From positions 26,371 through 90,370 of the forward strand of contig CDMY01000386.1 in the NCBI GenBank assembly GCA_001179505.1: 64,000 nucleotides of DNA, written 5' to 3'. Shown in pieces: positions 52,227-64,000 of this stretch; positions within the stretch are counted from its first letter, which is position 1; every line of letters starts with the position of its first letter. This DNA is from Vitrella brassicaformis CCMP3155. Taxonomy: Eukaryota > Protista > Chromerida. Both the position numbers and the translations under genes were made by a program. The notes below the pieces were generated by a model. The model searched no databases. It saw only the letters and a list, made by a program, of their open reading frames with translations, and had not been told where the DNA came from.

Positions 52227-53233
52227 TCAGAAGAAGTTTTGGGAGCCTGGTAGGGTAAGGTTCGGGTTGGTGCCGGCTTTCTTGACAGACCACACGGTGA
52301 CGTCAAACTCCACAGGTGTGTTAGGAGGCACCATCCCACGACTGACCAAACACAGAAAGACACAAACGAGCACAGCACATCGTGTGCCTTTGGGCTTCTC
52401 AGCGTGCGTGGTGCTGTGCTGCCGTGATGTTTGCTCGTACCCCTTCTCTCCATATGCCTCAGCTGACGGCAACACGACTTTCCGCCTCCCGCCGACCTTC
52501 ATGCCCTCCTGTGCCAGCACACACATCAGCAATCGCACAATATACGCCACATGTGGTAAGGTAAGTGAGTGTCCGTACCAGGGCGTCTTCGAGTGCCTTT
52601 GGTATTTTCCGGTTGAAGTCACCGCCGTACGTGAAGCCAAAGGGCCGTGCTGCAAGGCCACTGGAATCGCGCGTCGACTCCACCTCAATGCCTAGACGGA
52701 CGGACACGCAGCCGCAGCCGGACACATGCAGTGCACACCGACACGTCGATGTGTGTTTGTCCGGCGTACCGTTGCAGAAGAGGCTGTAGTGTATGGCCAC
52801 AGTGTCGCCCACTTCCAGCTGATTGCCGTCACCCAACAGCACATCCTGGTACCGCACCCCATTGTCAAGCTCGACAGCGGCGCAGTTCTTACACCTCTTG
52901 ACGCCCGCAGCTGCATGACAAACATGAATGGGACACACAGAGTGAGAGTACGTGTGTGTGCACATCTATCGGATCTATGTGACGGGACGTACCTGCAGGC
53001 AGTGGGAGAGCGATGCCTGCGGCCAGCAATGCGCCCAGCGGCCTCAAAAGAAGGCTCCTGCGGTCGACGCTTTCAACATCTGTCGATGGCAGCGCGTCAC
53101 TGGACAGCCTCTGCGCGTTGAGTAGACTTCGTAAGCATCTTCGCCTGGACGATGAAGAACAGGGCAGCAAGAAAGAAAAGCAAGATGACAACAGTGAAAG
53201 CAGAGATGCAATGAAGAACAGGGGGAACTGCAT
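52227..53233 (-). CDS. FKBP-type peptidyl-prolyl isomerase, probably plastid thylakoid lumen
   Basis: GVRYQDVLLGDG..GDTVAIHY, PKALEDAL|EGMKVGGRRKVVLPSAEAYGEKG, VPPNTPVEFDV. The N-terminus has a signal peptide, a transit-like stretch and a twin-Arg motif (DRRSLLL..GALLAAGIALP). Confidence 0.88.
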
Positions 53234-53269
53234 TGATGGTCGCGTTGATTTCAAGCTCGCATTCAAAGG

Positions 53270-53573
53270 ACGCTCAGTCGAGAAGTTGAGACGGCCCCGA
53301 TTTTTGCCCCCGTCTTCTTTGCGGTTTTTCTTTCGCTTGCCTTCTCCATCGTTTGCAGGCCATCTTGCCGGCATTTGCGGGCACTCGTAAGCATGCCCGA
53401 CGGCACGTCAACACGTCTTTCAACAGGTGCTGCAAGAAGACACACGAGAAGGTACATGAATCATGTGTGTTGCCTCATCTGTCTGCCTGTATACTTGCCT
53501 TTGTTTTGACACATGTGTGTAGACCGTGCAGCAGCTGCAGTCAATAGCGAGATGACTTCCATGGCCATTACAC
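53270..53573 (+). repeat. Internally deleted inverted paralog of the 21618-22870 region
   Basis: 53270-53415 matches the reverse complement of about 22690-22870. 53435-53573 is near-identical to the reverse complement of 21618-21752 (gagaaggtac.tgaatcatgtgtgttgcctcatctgtctgcctgtatac...gtgtagaccgtgcagcagctgcagtcaatagcgagatgac). Confidence 0.85.
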
Positions 53574-53689
53574 GCATCCGTTTTTTCCGCTGTGCGGGTG
53601 TGTCTGGCGGCGGCCTCTCGCGCTCTACGAATGATGACGTGCGTCGCATTTGACTTGCAAGACCTCTTCTCGGGCGGCAGCGATTACAT

Positions 53690-54977
53690 TCCGTTCGAAG
53701 TTTCGTCGGCGGTTCTTCTACCAGCCTGACGAGACCAAGAGAATACCCATGGGCCTCCAGCGCGGCATCCCATCGTATGATTACCCATTGGACTGCACAA
53801 GGTGCCCGACGGCCCAATTCCGCAGACGCACTTCAACTGGGACGGCGTGTGCGACAAGAAGGGCTGTGGCGGCGGGAAGAAGTACTACATGCACGTGGAG
53901 CGAAAGCCCAACCACCCCGCCGAGTCAGACCCCTCCTCGCGCAAGGACGGGATGGGGCCCCGGAGCACCCTGCGCTGCACCGAGAACAGGGCGGATGACG
54001 GCCGGGACCTGATGGGCAGGTTGCAGGAGAGGGTGCAGATGTTTGAGAGGGCCGAGCGGGAGTGGCTGAAGCACTTCGCGCGGCTCCGAGGGGTGAGTGA
54101 GAGAGGGAGGATACTTGTGTGTGTCCGTCCACGTNNNNNNNNNNNNNNNNNNNNNNNNNNNNNNNNNNNNNNNNNNNNNNNNNNNNNNNNNNNNNNNNNN
54201 NNNNNNNNNNNNNNNNNNNNNNNNNNNNNNNNNNNNNNNNNNNNNNNNNNNNNNNNNNNNNNNNNNNNNNNNNNNNNNNNNNNNNNNNNNNNNNNNNNNN
54301 NNNNNNNNNNNNNNNNNNNNNNNNNNNNNNNNNNNNNNNNNNNNNNNNNNNNNNNNNNNNNNNNNNNNNNNNNNNNNNNNNNNNNNNNNNNNNNNNNNNN
54401 NNNNNNNNNNNNNNNNNNNNNNNNNNNNNNNNNNTCGGTCGTCTTCCTACTTGGAGTTCGAGGACCTGAGCGCCCACTCGACGCCCAACGACTGCATCGA
54501 GGGTCGGGGCGTTGCGTCGATGAGCAAGCATGAGGCCTCCCACTGGGTGCGGCAGCTGGTGGAGACCCACCAGGAGCTCAAGGCCATGGACAGATTCTCC
54601 AAGTAGGGACCCATTGGACATGTTGACAGGCAGACACACACATCATGTCTGTCTGTGAATGAATGTGTGCAGCGACTTCGACCTGAGGAGCTACCTGGTC
54701 GACGAGGCCAACACGGTCAAGCTGGCGTGCATGAGGTGGCGTGTTGGAAAGCACTCCGTCGCCACAGAGAGGAACGCCGTGTTTTGCATCGGGTGCATGG
54801 GGGGGTGGGTGGGGTGCAAACAAACACCACCACAACACACGCCCGATAAATGGACGTTCCTTTGTCTGCAGGAAAATCGCCGAGCGCACTTTGTTTGAGA
54901 GGCTGCCGCGCCGCATCGCATCAGAGGATGTTCTCAGTGTAGGACCAATCCCGACCCGCTTCACCGTCCTACACTGA
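53690..54977 (+). CDS. Hypothetical protein or pseudogene, interrupted by a gap
   Basis: Coding-like segments (THFNWDGVCDKKGCGGGKKYYMHVERK, LQERVQMFERAEREWLKHF, SYLEFEDLSAH..HWVRQLVETHQELKAM, DFDLRSYLVDEAN) with GT-AG boundaries. There is a frame break near 53800. Confidence 0.45.
54135..54434. other. Assembly gap (300 N)
   Basis: Run of 300 N. Confidence 0.99.
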
Positions 54978-55796
54978 AGGAGCTCATCTCACATCCGTGC
55001 ATGGTCAGTTGAGTGAGTGACACCGAGGGAGCGCATGAACCGCCTCACTGTATGTATGTATGTATGTATGTATGTACGGCTGGGTATGTCTTGATTGATG
55101 CGGTCATTTCTTGAGCTTGGTGTTTCCGCCGCCCCCCGGCCCACTCCCTCGCCGCCATCGGCCGTCGTCGGTGTACCCCTTGGTGGAGCGCTCGCTGGTG
55201 TTGTCGGTGCCGACGGACAACTGCCTCTCCCCCTCCCTGCCGGACCGACTGACGGGACTGCTAGCGGGACCGGGGCAATCAGCGAAATTGGCGTGTCTAC
55301 TTCTACAGGGGGAAAGTCCACACAGGGCGGCAGAATCGCTGCCTGCATTTTATATCTTGTCAGTTGGTGAGTGTGATGGGATCGATCAAGCGCTCACGAA
55401 CCGATCGCTGCCTGCATTTTATATCTCGTGCGTGATTCGTGTCTCTTTGGCGGCGTGATGGACGAGTAAGGGCACTCGCGAAGGAGGGAGGGACGTATGT
55501 GTGCGCAGCAAGGATTACGCAAGTCAACCGCTGGACGGAAAAGTGTCATGGACCTGAGAAAGAGCGTAGTGTATACGCGTATACAAAAGAAAGATATTTG
55601 TGTATTCATGGCCTCCCATATGCATGATTCACACAGGAGGTTATGGAGCCAGCCGCAATGAGTCCTTAATTAATTGCGCATGTCATGGCTGTACACTGAG
55701 TCACTGACGTGGCAGACATGAAGTATGGACACACGTCGAGCACTCAAAGCGACGCATGGACACACACACACACACACACACAAACGAATGCCGCAT

Positions 55797-56317
55797 GGCT
55801 GGCAGACTAAATATTGCGCCTGCAGCACAGCAGCGACAGCAGTGGCATACACATGAACACACACACACACACACACACAGACACACACACACATGGACAC
55901 ACCATGAGGTCGGATGGCAGGCTAAAGATACCGCCTGCGCACCGACCTGAGCGGTGTATATGAGCATACACACAGAAGGCAAAGGCACACAGTGCAGTGC
56001 AGCACCACATGAACATCGATTGATAAAAGCCATACTTGCATGAGTGATGCTACGGAGCTACCTAGCAACCACTACCACGAATCCATCTACCAACTACAAT
56101 AGGGATGTGTCTACTGCAGGCTATGCTGCTTGCACATGGAGGGGCAATATCAGAGAGACATGCGTCAAGAAAGAGTGGCTGGCAGACTAAATATCTCGCC
56201 TGCAGCACACCAGCGACACGAAATCATGATCATCGACACACACATACACACACACACACATGGACACACCCATGAGTCGGATGGCAGACTAAAGATACCG
56301 CCTGCGCACCGACCTGA
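55797..56317. repeat. Duplicated block of about 150 bp (55797-55950 and 56177-56317), each holding two copies of a roughly 30-bp unit
   Basis: Four related units ggc(t/a)ggcag(a/g)ctaaa(t/g)at..cgcctgc, separated by (CA)n tracts. Confidence 0.8.
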
Positions 56318-56459
56318 TGATTCACATGAATACACAAAATGCACACTAGAAGAAGATACACGGCATGGATCTATGTATGCGTGCTACAATCGCGAAAAGA
56401 GACACTACAGGTAACCAACAGACTCTACAGACACACCGACTACGCTCAGTGAGAAAGCG

Positions 56460-56759
56460 NNNNNNNNNNNNNNNNNNNNNNNNNNNNNNNNNNNNNNNNN
56501 NNNNNNNNNNNNNNNNNNNNNNNNNNNNNNNNNNNNNNNNNNNNNNNNNNNNNNNNNNNNNNNNNNNNNNNNNNNNNNNNNNNNNNNNNNNNNNNNNNNN
56601 NNNNNNNNNNNNNNNNNNNNNNNNNNNNNNNNNNNNNNNNNNNNNNNNNNNNNNNNNNNNNNNNNNNNNNNNNNNNNNNNNNNNNNNNNNNNNNNNNNNN
56701 NNNNNNNNNNNNNNNNNNNNNNNNNNNNNNNNNNNNNNNNNNNNNNNNNNNNNNNNNNN
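56460..56759. other. Assembly gap (300 N)
   Basis: Run of 300 N. Confidence 0.99.
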
Positions 56760-56842
56760 GCCAGACAAAAGAGACAGGAACAATTTGTTCAAGACAACAG
56801 ACATGTAGGCGAAGTGGTGCTTCAGTTTTGCTCACAGTTGGC

Positions 56843-59800
56843 TTGATGTCTCTATGGATGAATCCCATGGAGTGCATGTATTCGACTGCATTCACCTGCA
56901 CACACCAAACCAACACATCAATGCCGCCGAGCCGAATGAACGGCGTAATTGATCTCTTCATTGCGTACAAGCTGCTCCGCCCAGATCAATCTCCGCCGCG
57001 CCGCCGGCTCTTCCCGTAGGTAATTGGACAATGTGTCTGCAAGAAGCACATATGAACACGTGGACGAACATCTAAGATATCAGTCTATGTCCTTTTGCTG
57101 ACCTCCATCAATGTATTCGAGCACCAGGCAATGCCGAGGACCTCTCAGTGTGGCCTCTCTCGCCTCGGCATTGCCCCCATACGACAGACCCCGAGACACC
57201 TCACAATGTTTCTATGCTCAAGAAAACTACGAAGCGACAGCAATGTAAGAAATGAGGAAGGCAATCAGTGGGGTTTTGTTGCAGACGCTGACCTAAATGC
57301 ACGGATTTCCCTCTCGAAATTCATGATATCCCAATCCGACGGCGCCCTTCCTGCAATCAAACAGGCAGCCAACGAGGGCGATGCATTCAAGGGATGCTGG
57401 AGTGAGCCGCTCACCCCTCTGCAGCGACAGCAACACCGACTTTATGGCTACTCTGGTGGTCCGTCGAAGTAGCCCTTCCTCCACCTGGTACAAGCATCAG
57501 ATTCCACACAGCAAAGTGCATGTAGGAGCTCCTCTTTCTCTGTTTACCACGCCGTAGGTCCCGTACCCTACCGCCAACCGGTCCACCCAAATGAGCTCTG
57601 CACATAATGAGACATGCAAGGAATGAACTCGGAGGAACTCACGATTGTTGTCATTTAGAAAAGAGCTTACGGTGGGGCTGGATTTGCTCCAAAAACACCG
57701 GCCCCACCCCAGCTGACGTGCCCTGGCGCGGCCTTTGGTTGTCCAGCTCCTCCGCTCGCCGCAGCAGCCGCGCCATGGGGTCCAGGTCCTGCCAAACCTC
57801 CTCCTCAAACTCATCCACTTCCTCCTCCTCTTCCTCCAGTGGCCGCCGCAGGATGGCCTCCCGGCGCTCCAAAATCCACCCCCGCAGCGCCTCGATAGCC
57901 CCTCTTACGAGCTCTGCCGGGCGTGGGGCGCACCCCCTGGGTGGTGGGGGTGGGGGTGGCTGTGGGTCTGTGGCTGCGGCTGCGGCTGCGGCTGGTGGTG
58001 GTGGTGGTGGGGATGGTAGCTGTGGGGCTGCCGTTGGTGATGGGAGTGCAGGGCCGCTGGGTGGTGACGCACTGGGCGACGCATTGGCACTGGCGCGTCG
58101 GTTCGTGTTGGTCAAGATGCGGAACTCAGGCCTGGGGCGCGCTGATGGGGGAGAGGGCATTGGCGGCATCGATGACATGGCCTCCTGTGGGGGCGGGCCA
58201 GGAGGCGGTGGGGGACGCTTCATCAAGCCGAGCGACGGGGAGCTGTCCGGGGGTGGCGGGGCTGCAGCAGACGATGCTGCCATTGACATGGACGAGGGGA
58301 GAGGGAGAGGGAGAGGGAGAGGAAGAGGGAAACCACCCATACGCGAGCCCGGCTGCCCAGCAAGCTTGGGGAAGTCGTGCGAGAAGGGCTGTGGGGGTGT
58401 GACCGGATTGGCCACACCAGCAGCAGCCGCAGCTGCTGCAGCTGGCCCTCCAGAGGAAACCAGACCGCCCCCGCTGGGCGTCGCTGGCAATTTCTTGCCA
58501 GCAGTCAGAGAAGCGGATGAGGGCGGGGGTGGCAGAGCCGACAGTGCGGTCGGCTGCCNNNNNNNNNNNNNNNNNNNNNNNNNNNNNNNNNNNNNNNNNN
58601 NNNNNNNNNNNNNNNNNNNNNNNNNNNNNNNNNNNNNNNNNNNNNNNNNNNNNNNNNNNNNNNNNNNNNNNNNNNNNNNNNNNNNNNNNNNNNNNNNNNN
58701 NNNNNNNNNNNNNNNNNNNNNNNNNNNNNNNNNNNNNNNNNNNNNNNNNNNNNNNNNNNNNNNNNNNNNNNNNNNNNNNNNNNNNNNNNNNNNNNNNNNN
58801 NNNNNNNNNNNNNNNNNNNNNNNNNNNNNNNNNNNNNNNNNNNNNNNNNNNNNNNNNNGCTCTTCGCGTAGGTAATTGGACAGTGTGTCTGCAAGAAGCA
58901 CATATGAACACGCGGACGAACAACTGAGAGAGCAATCTATGTCCTTTTGCTGACCTCCATCAATGTATTCGAGCACCAGGCAATGCCGAGGACCTCTCAG
59001 TGTGGCCTCTCTCGCCTCGGCATTGCCCCCATACCGACAGACCCCGAGACACCTCACAATGTTTCTATGCTCAAGAAAACTACGAAGCGACAGCAATGTA
59101 AGAAATGAGGAAGGCAATCAGTGGGGTTTTGTTGCAGACGCTGACCTAAATGCACGGATTTCCCTCTCGAAATTCATGATATCCCAATCCGACGGCGCCC
59201 TTCCTGCAATCAAACAGGCAGCCAACGAGGGCGATGCATTCAAGGGATGCTGGAGTGAGCCGCTCACCCCTTTGCAGCGAAAGCAACACCGACTTTATGG
59301 CTACTCTGGTGGTCCGTCGAAGTAGCCCTTCCTCCACCTGGTACAAGCATTAGATTCCATACAGCAAAGTGCATGTAGGAGCTCCTCTTTCTCTGTTTAC
59401 CACGCCGTAGGTCCCGTACCCTACCGCCAACCGGTCCACCCAAATGAGCTCTGCACATAGTGAGACATGCAAGGAATGAAGTCGGAGGAACTCACGATTG
59501 TTGTCATTTAGAAAAGAGCTTACGGTGGGGCTGGATTTGCTCCAAAAACACCGGCCCCACCCCAGCTGACGTGCCTTGGCGCGGCCTTTGGTTGTCCAGC
59601 TCCTCCGCTCGCCGCAGCAGCTGCGCCATGGGGTCCAGGTCCTGCCAAACCTCCTCCTCGAACTCATCAACCTCCTCCTCCTCCCACAGCGGCCGCCGCA
59701 CGATGGCCTCCCGGCGCTCCAAAATCCACCCCCGCAGCGCCTCGATAGCCCCTCTTACGAGGTCTGCCGGGCGTGGGGCTGCGGGGGTGGGTGGTGGCGG

Positions 59801-62800
59801 TGGAGGTGGCTGTGGGTCTGCGGCTGCGGCTGCGGCTGCGGCTTCTGTTGGTGGTGGTGGTGGGTGTGGGGATGGTAGCTGTGGGGCTGCCGCTGGTGGC
59901 GGTGCTGCTGCAGCAGCTGCTGCCGCTGCCGCTGCTGGTGGTGGGAGTGGAGGGCCGCTCGGTGGTGACGCGCTGGGCGACGCATTGGCACTGGCGCGCC
60001 GATTCGTGTTGGTCAAGATGTTGAACTCAGGCCTGGGGCGCGCTGATGGGGGAGAGGGCGTTGGCGGCATGAATGACATGGCCTCCTGTGGGGGCGGGCC
60101 AGGAGGCGGTGGGGGACGCTTCATCAAGCCGAGCGACGGGGAGCTGTCCGGGGGTGGCGGGGCTGCAGCAGAGGATGCTGCCATTGACATGGACGAGGGA
60201 AGAGGGAGAGGGAAACCACCCATACGCGAGCCCGGCTGCTTGGGGAACTCGTGCGAGAAGGGCTGTGGGGGTGTGACCGGATTGGCCACGGCAGCCGCAG
60301 CTGCTGCTGTCGGCCCTCCAAAGGAAACCAGACCGCCCCCGCTGGGCGTCCCTGGCAATCTCTTGCCAGCAGTCAGAGAAGCGGATGAGGGCGGGGGTGG
60401 CAGAGCCGACAGTGCGGTCGGCTGCCCTCTCCTGGTGTTGGTGGACGTCTGCCGCAGGGTGTTGGGCATGGCTGGCGGGGCGGGTGTGATGGGGCGGAGG
60501 TCCTTGCTGTGGCTTTGGGGCGGGGGTGAAGGCCATGATGCTGGCAATGTGGGAGCATGGCTGGAGTCAAATCTCGCCGCCCTCGCAGCTGAAGAGCAAA
60601 AGATCCATCAAAGAATGCAGCGACTCGTCAACCAAATTGCACTTGTGTCTCACCGATGCATCGATATTCCTTCACGAACATATCGATGACACCGCTGCTT
60701 GACGACATGGACCTCAACTGCCGCAGCTGTCCATTGCACAAAAGGAAGACACCGGCCCTTGGGACATAGTAATTTGGACCTGGAGGAGAGAGAGAATAAA
60801 TCAACAAGCCCATCTCACCGCATCCCTCTTCATGATGACCGCTTACCGCAGTCCGTGACAGAAGGGTGATCCCAAGAACCGGTGCCATCCGTCGGGACGA
60901 ACTGTAGGCCCTGAAATTGTCAACAGAAGACACAAGATGGGCAAGAAGCGTGAGCCAATTATGTGCCTCCGTTCATACCTCATGGAACTTCATGCACACA
61001 TGCCACAGTTCAGATCCCGAGTCCCCCAGCTGCTGGCAGGGCACCCCGGGAAGTGCCGTCCACCCGCCGCCCTCCACCGAGTGGTGGACGTAGGGCTGCC
61101 GCCAACCGCTCACATAAACGATGTGGCTCTGGTTGGCCTTCCTGGCAGCCCTCTCCACCCGCCGCACCACCCGCCTCACGGCCCGCATCTCCTCCGAGCG
61201 CAGATATTCTATTGGCAGAAGGAGACACAGTGAGCCACAGAGCTCAGTGGATACCTATCATTTCCTCATCGTGCACTTACGGCGGGTCCGCCTCTGAATC
61301 TTGATGGCCGCCTCTTCCTCCCGCCAAGTGCACAAGGTACGGACCGTACCTGTGCACAAAATGTACACCCCCGGCTGGCCGATGCGGTAGTTGGCGGCTG
61401 ACAAGACACACACATACGACCCAAGGCGAATGACCGTCGGATAAGGAGGTCTGTCTTGTACGTGCAATGTCGTCGTGCATTGCATACCGTTTGTGGACTG
61501 TGGCGGGCTGTCCCAGCTGCTGCCGCCATCGTTCATCACGAACTCCAGCTCCTGCACATAGCCAACAAACGCAACAAACAGCGATCATCCATCTGGGTAT
61601 GTGGTTGCTAATGTGCAATCTGGCCACCTCCTGGTCGACGTGGATGAAGGCCAGGCCAGGGACCAGGAAGGAGCATGGAGTTCCGGGCAGCGCTCCCCAG
61701 CTGCCGTCTTGTCGGCGGTGGTGGCAGCGGGGCGCGGACCATCCAGTCACGTAGAAGAGGTTGATGCCTCTCGTCGGAAGGCCCAGCCCCTGAGCGACAA
61801 CCACAGCAGTCGGAACCCCTCACCCCACACTGCCTTCCCCTTTGCTTCTCCCCCTCCCTGCGTGCGTACCTGCAGCAGCTGGATGGCTTCTTGGTGACCT
61901 CCCTGGACAAGGTCACCGATGTAGGAGGCCAGCCGCCTCCAGATGACCAGCAGCAGGGCGATTGGCGACGCCAACGCGCCCTGAGCTGGTCGGGGAAAGC
62001 GCGTCCCGCGCTGCTCGGCGAAGCCGAGAGCGGCGTTGTCGCGCTGAGAGAGAGGCCTGGCGCGTCCCGCACTCTTCGGCGAAGCCGCAAGAGGCGTTTT
62101 CGCGCACTGGGCACGAGAGAGGACAGAGCCGGCGCGTAGGACCTCCCCTGGCGACGCCAAGGAAGGCCTTTTCGCGCTCTGGGCACGGGAAAGAAGCTGC
62201 TTGAAGGTCAGCATTTTGTTGGGGACTGGGGGCCGCCCCCGCGGCGCATGCGGTCTGCATGCAGGTGGAACCATCCCAAGAATCGAATTCGTTTTGGCAG
62301 AAGAGACTGCCACAGTGAGGTACACAGAGGCAGATACAGGCTCTCCACTAAGTGGCATGCCTGAATGGAATGTTTGCAATCCGTCTGTCTTTCCTCAAAC
62401 TCCAGTCACAAGACTTACTCGTCANNNNNNNNNNNNNNNNNNNNNNNNNNNNNNNNNNNNNNNNNNNNNNNNNNNNNNNNNNNNNNNNNNNNNNNNNNNN
62501 NNNNNNNNNNNNNNNNNNNNNNNNNNNNNNNNNNNNNNNNNNNNNNNNNNNNNNNNNNNNNNNNNNNNNNNNNNNNNNNNNNNNNNNNNNNNNNNNNNNN
62601 NNNNNNNNNNNNNNNNNNNNNNNNNNNNNNNNNNNNNNNNNNNNNNNNNNNNNNNNNNNNNNNNNNNNNNNNNNNNNNNNNNNNNNNNNNNNNNNNNNNN
62701 NNNNNNNNNNNNNNNNNNNNNNNNTGCACAAGGTACGGACCGTACCTGTGCACAAAATGTACACCCCCGGCTGGCCGATGCGGTAGTTGGCGGCTGACAA

Positions 62801-63607
62801 GACACACACATACGACCCAAGGCGAATGACCGTCGGATAAGGAGGTCTGTCTTGTACGTGCAATGTCGTCGTGCTGCATACCGTTTGTGGACTGTGGCGG
62901 GTTGTCCCAGCTGCTGCCGCCATCGTTCATCACGAACTCCAGCTCCTGCACATAGCAACAAACGCAGCAAACAGCGATCATCCATCTGGGTATGTGGTTG
63001 CTAATGTGCAATCTGGCCACCTCCTTGTCGACGTGGATGAAGGCCAGGCCAGGGACCAGGAGGGAGCATGGAGTTCCGGGCAGCGCTCCCCAGCTGCCGT
63101 CTTGTCGGCGGTGGTGGCAGCGGGGCACGGACCATCCAGTCACGTAAAAGAGGTTGATGCCTCTCGTCGGAAGGCCCAGCCCCTGAGCGACAACCACAGC
63201 AGTCGGAACCCCTCACCCCACACTGTCTTCCCCTTTGCTTCTCCCCCTCCCTGCGTGCGTACCTGCAGCAGCTGGATGGCTTCTTGGTGACCTCCCTGGA
63301 CAAGGTCACCGATGTAGGAGGCCAGCCGCCTCCAGATGACCAGCAGCAGGGCGATTGGCGACGCCAACGCGCCCTGAGCTGGTCGGGGAAAGCGCGTCCC
63401 GCGCTGCTCGGCGAAGCCGAGAGCGGCGTTGTCGCGCTGAGAGAGAGGCCTGGCGCGTCCCGCACTCTTCGGCGAAGCCGCAAGAGGCGTTTTCGCGCAC
63501 TGGGCACGAGAGAGGACAGAGCCGGCGCGTAGGACCTCCCCTGGCGACGCCAAGGAAGGCCTTTTCGCGCTCTGGGCACGGGAAAGAAGCTGCTTGAAGG
63601 TCAGCAT
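56843..63607 (-). CDS. TKL-type protein kinase with long Pro/Ala-rich linker (3' end runs into a gap; two segments appear twice)
   Basis: After collapsing the duplicates: MLTFKQLL.. N-terminal exons, a Pro-rich exon, then LAVGYGTYGV|, RVAIKS, FEREIRAFR|..LEHRNIVRCLGVC..LVLEYIDGG|..TLSNYL..WAEQL|VNAVEYMHSMGFIHRDIKP. DFG and APE motifs are not seen and may lie in the gap at 56460-56759. Confidence 0.7.
57007..60426. repeat. Direct duplication flanking a gap: 57007-58558 vs 58859-60426
   Basis: Highly similar copies with SNPs and indels concentrated in the Pro/Ala tracts. Copy boundaries coincide exactly with the edges of the gap at 58559-58858. Confidence 0.9.
58559..58858. other. Assembly gap (300 N)
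   Basis: Run of 300 N. Confidence 0.99.
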
Positions 63608-63817
63608 TTTGTTGGGGACTGGGGGCCGCCCCCGCGGCGCATGCGGTCTGCATGCAGGTGGAACCATCCCAAGAATCGAATTCGTTTTGGCAGAAGAGAC
63701 TGCCACAGTGAGGTACACAGAGGCAGATACAGGCTCTCCACTAAGTGGCATGCCTGAATGGAATGTTTGCAATCCGTCTGTCTTTCCTCAAACTCCAGTC
63801 ACAAGACTTACTCGTCA
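61329..63817. repeat. Direct duplication flanking a gap: 61329-62424 vs 62725-63817
   Basis: Nearly identical 1.1-kb copies giving identical ORFs in the track (e.g. 61608-62186 and 63001-63579). The boundaries sit at the gap edges. Confidence 0.92.
62425..62724. other. Assembly gap (300 N)
   Basis: Run of 300 N. Confidence 0.99.
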
Positions 63818-64000
63818 AGAAGTAGAACACCTCAGGATGTATGTATCACGTATGTATGTCTCATGTCGTTTTGTTTCTCCTGTTTGTCAGGTCCGTTTGT
63901 CCGGTTCTTCATTCGGTGAGCGTGATGAGATCAATCTTTTACTTCTCGTGGTTCGTGTCTCTTTTGCGGTGTGATGGACGAATGCTCTCAGGAATGTTGG

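Noticed and set aside
55787-56317. CRISPR-like repeat-spacer array
   Set aside because: Eukaryotic context, degenerate repeats, irregular microsatellite spacers and no cas genes.
57607-60689. Long plus-strand Gly/Ala-rich ORFs (422 and 409 aa)
   Set aside because: Antisense shadows of the Pro-rich exon of the minus-strand kinase.

Overview
Eukaryotic, GC-rich, intron-dense scaffold window. Introns are short and full of (GT)n/(CA)n/(GA)n microsatellites, and there are five 300-N placeholder gaps. Bipartite-targeted plastid proteins (Cpn60, a lumenal-type FKBP), an apicomplexan-style ferlin and lineage-specific gene families point to a chromerid alveolate, most likely Vitrella brassicaformis (inference). 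Spliced genes read by hand: WDR13-like, a large pseudokinase+WD40 protein, an ERI1-family exonuclease, a Tudor-like protein, two membrane proteins, a lineage-specific family protein, an FtsJ-type methyltransferase, a ferlin, plastid Cpn60, a CAMK/CDPK-like kinase, an FKBP and a TKL-type kinase, plus several decayed genes. Main discovery, invisible in the ORF track: an 8-exon minus-strand gene (18974->17130, about 409 aa) encoding an iodothyronine-deiodinase homologue. It has an in-frame UGA at the catalytic position (LNFGSCS-U-PPF), is fused in frame to a C-terminal CPFC glutaredoxin/GST-N domain, and is followed by two GUGA-type SECIS hairpins. The tandem duplications at the right end abut gaps and are probably overlapping haplotype contig ends. 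Exon boundaries were derived by eye from GT/GC-AG sites and frame continuity; no database searches were run.
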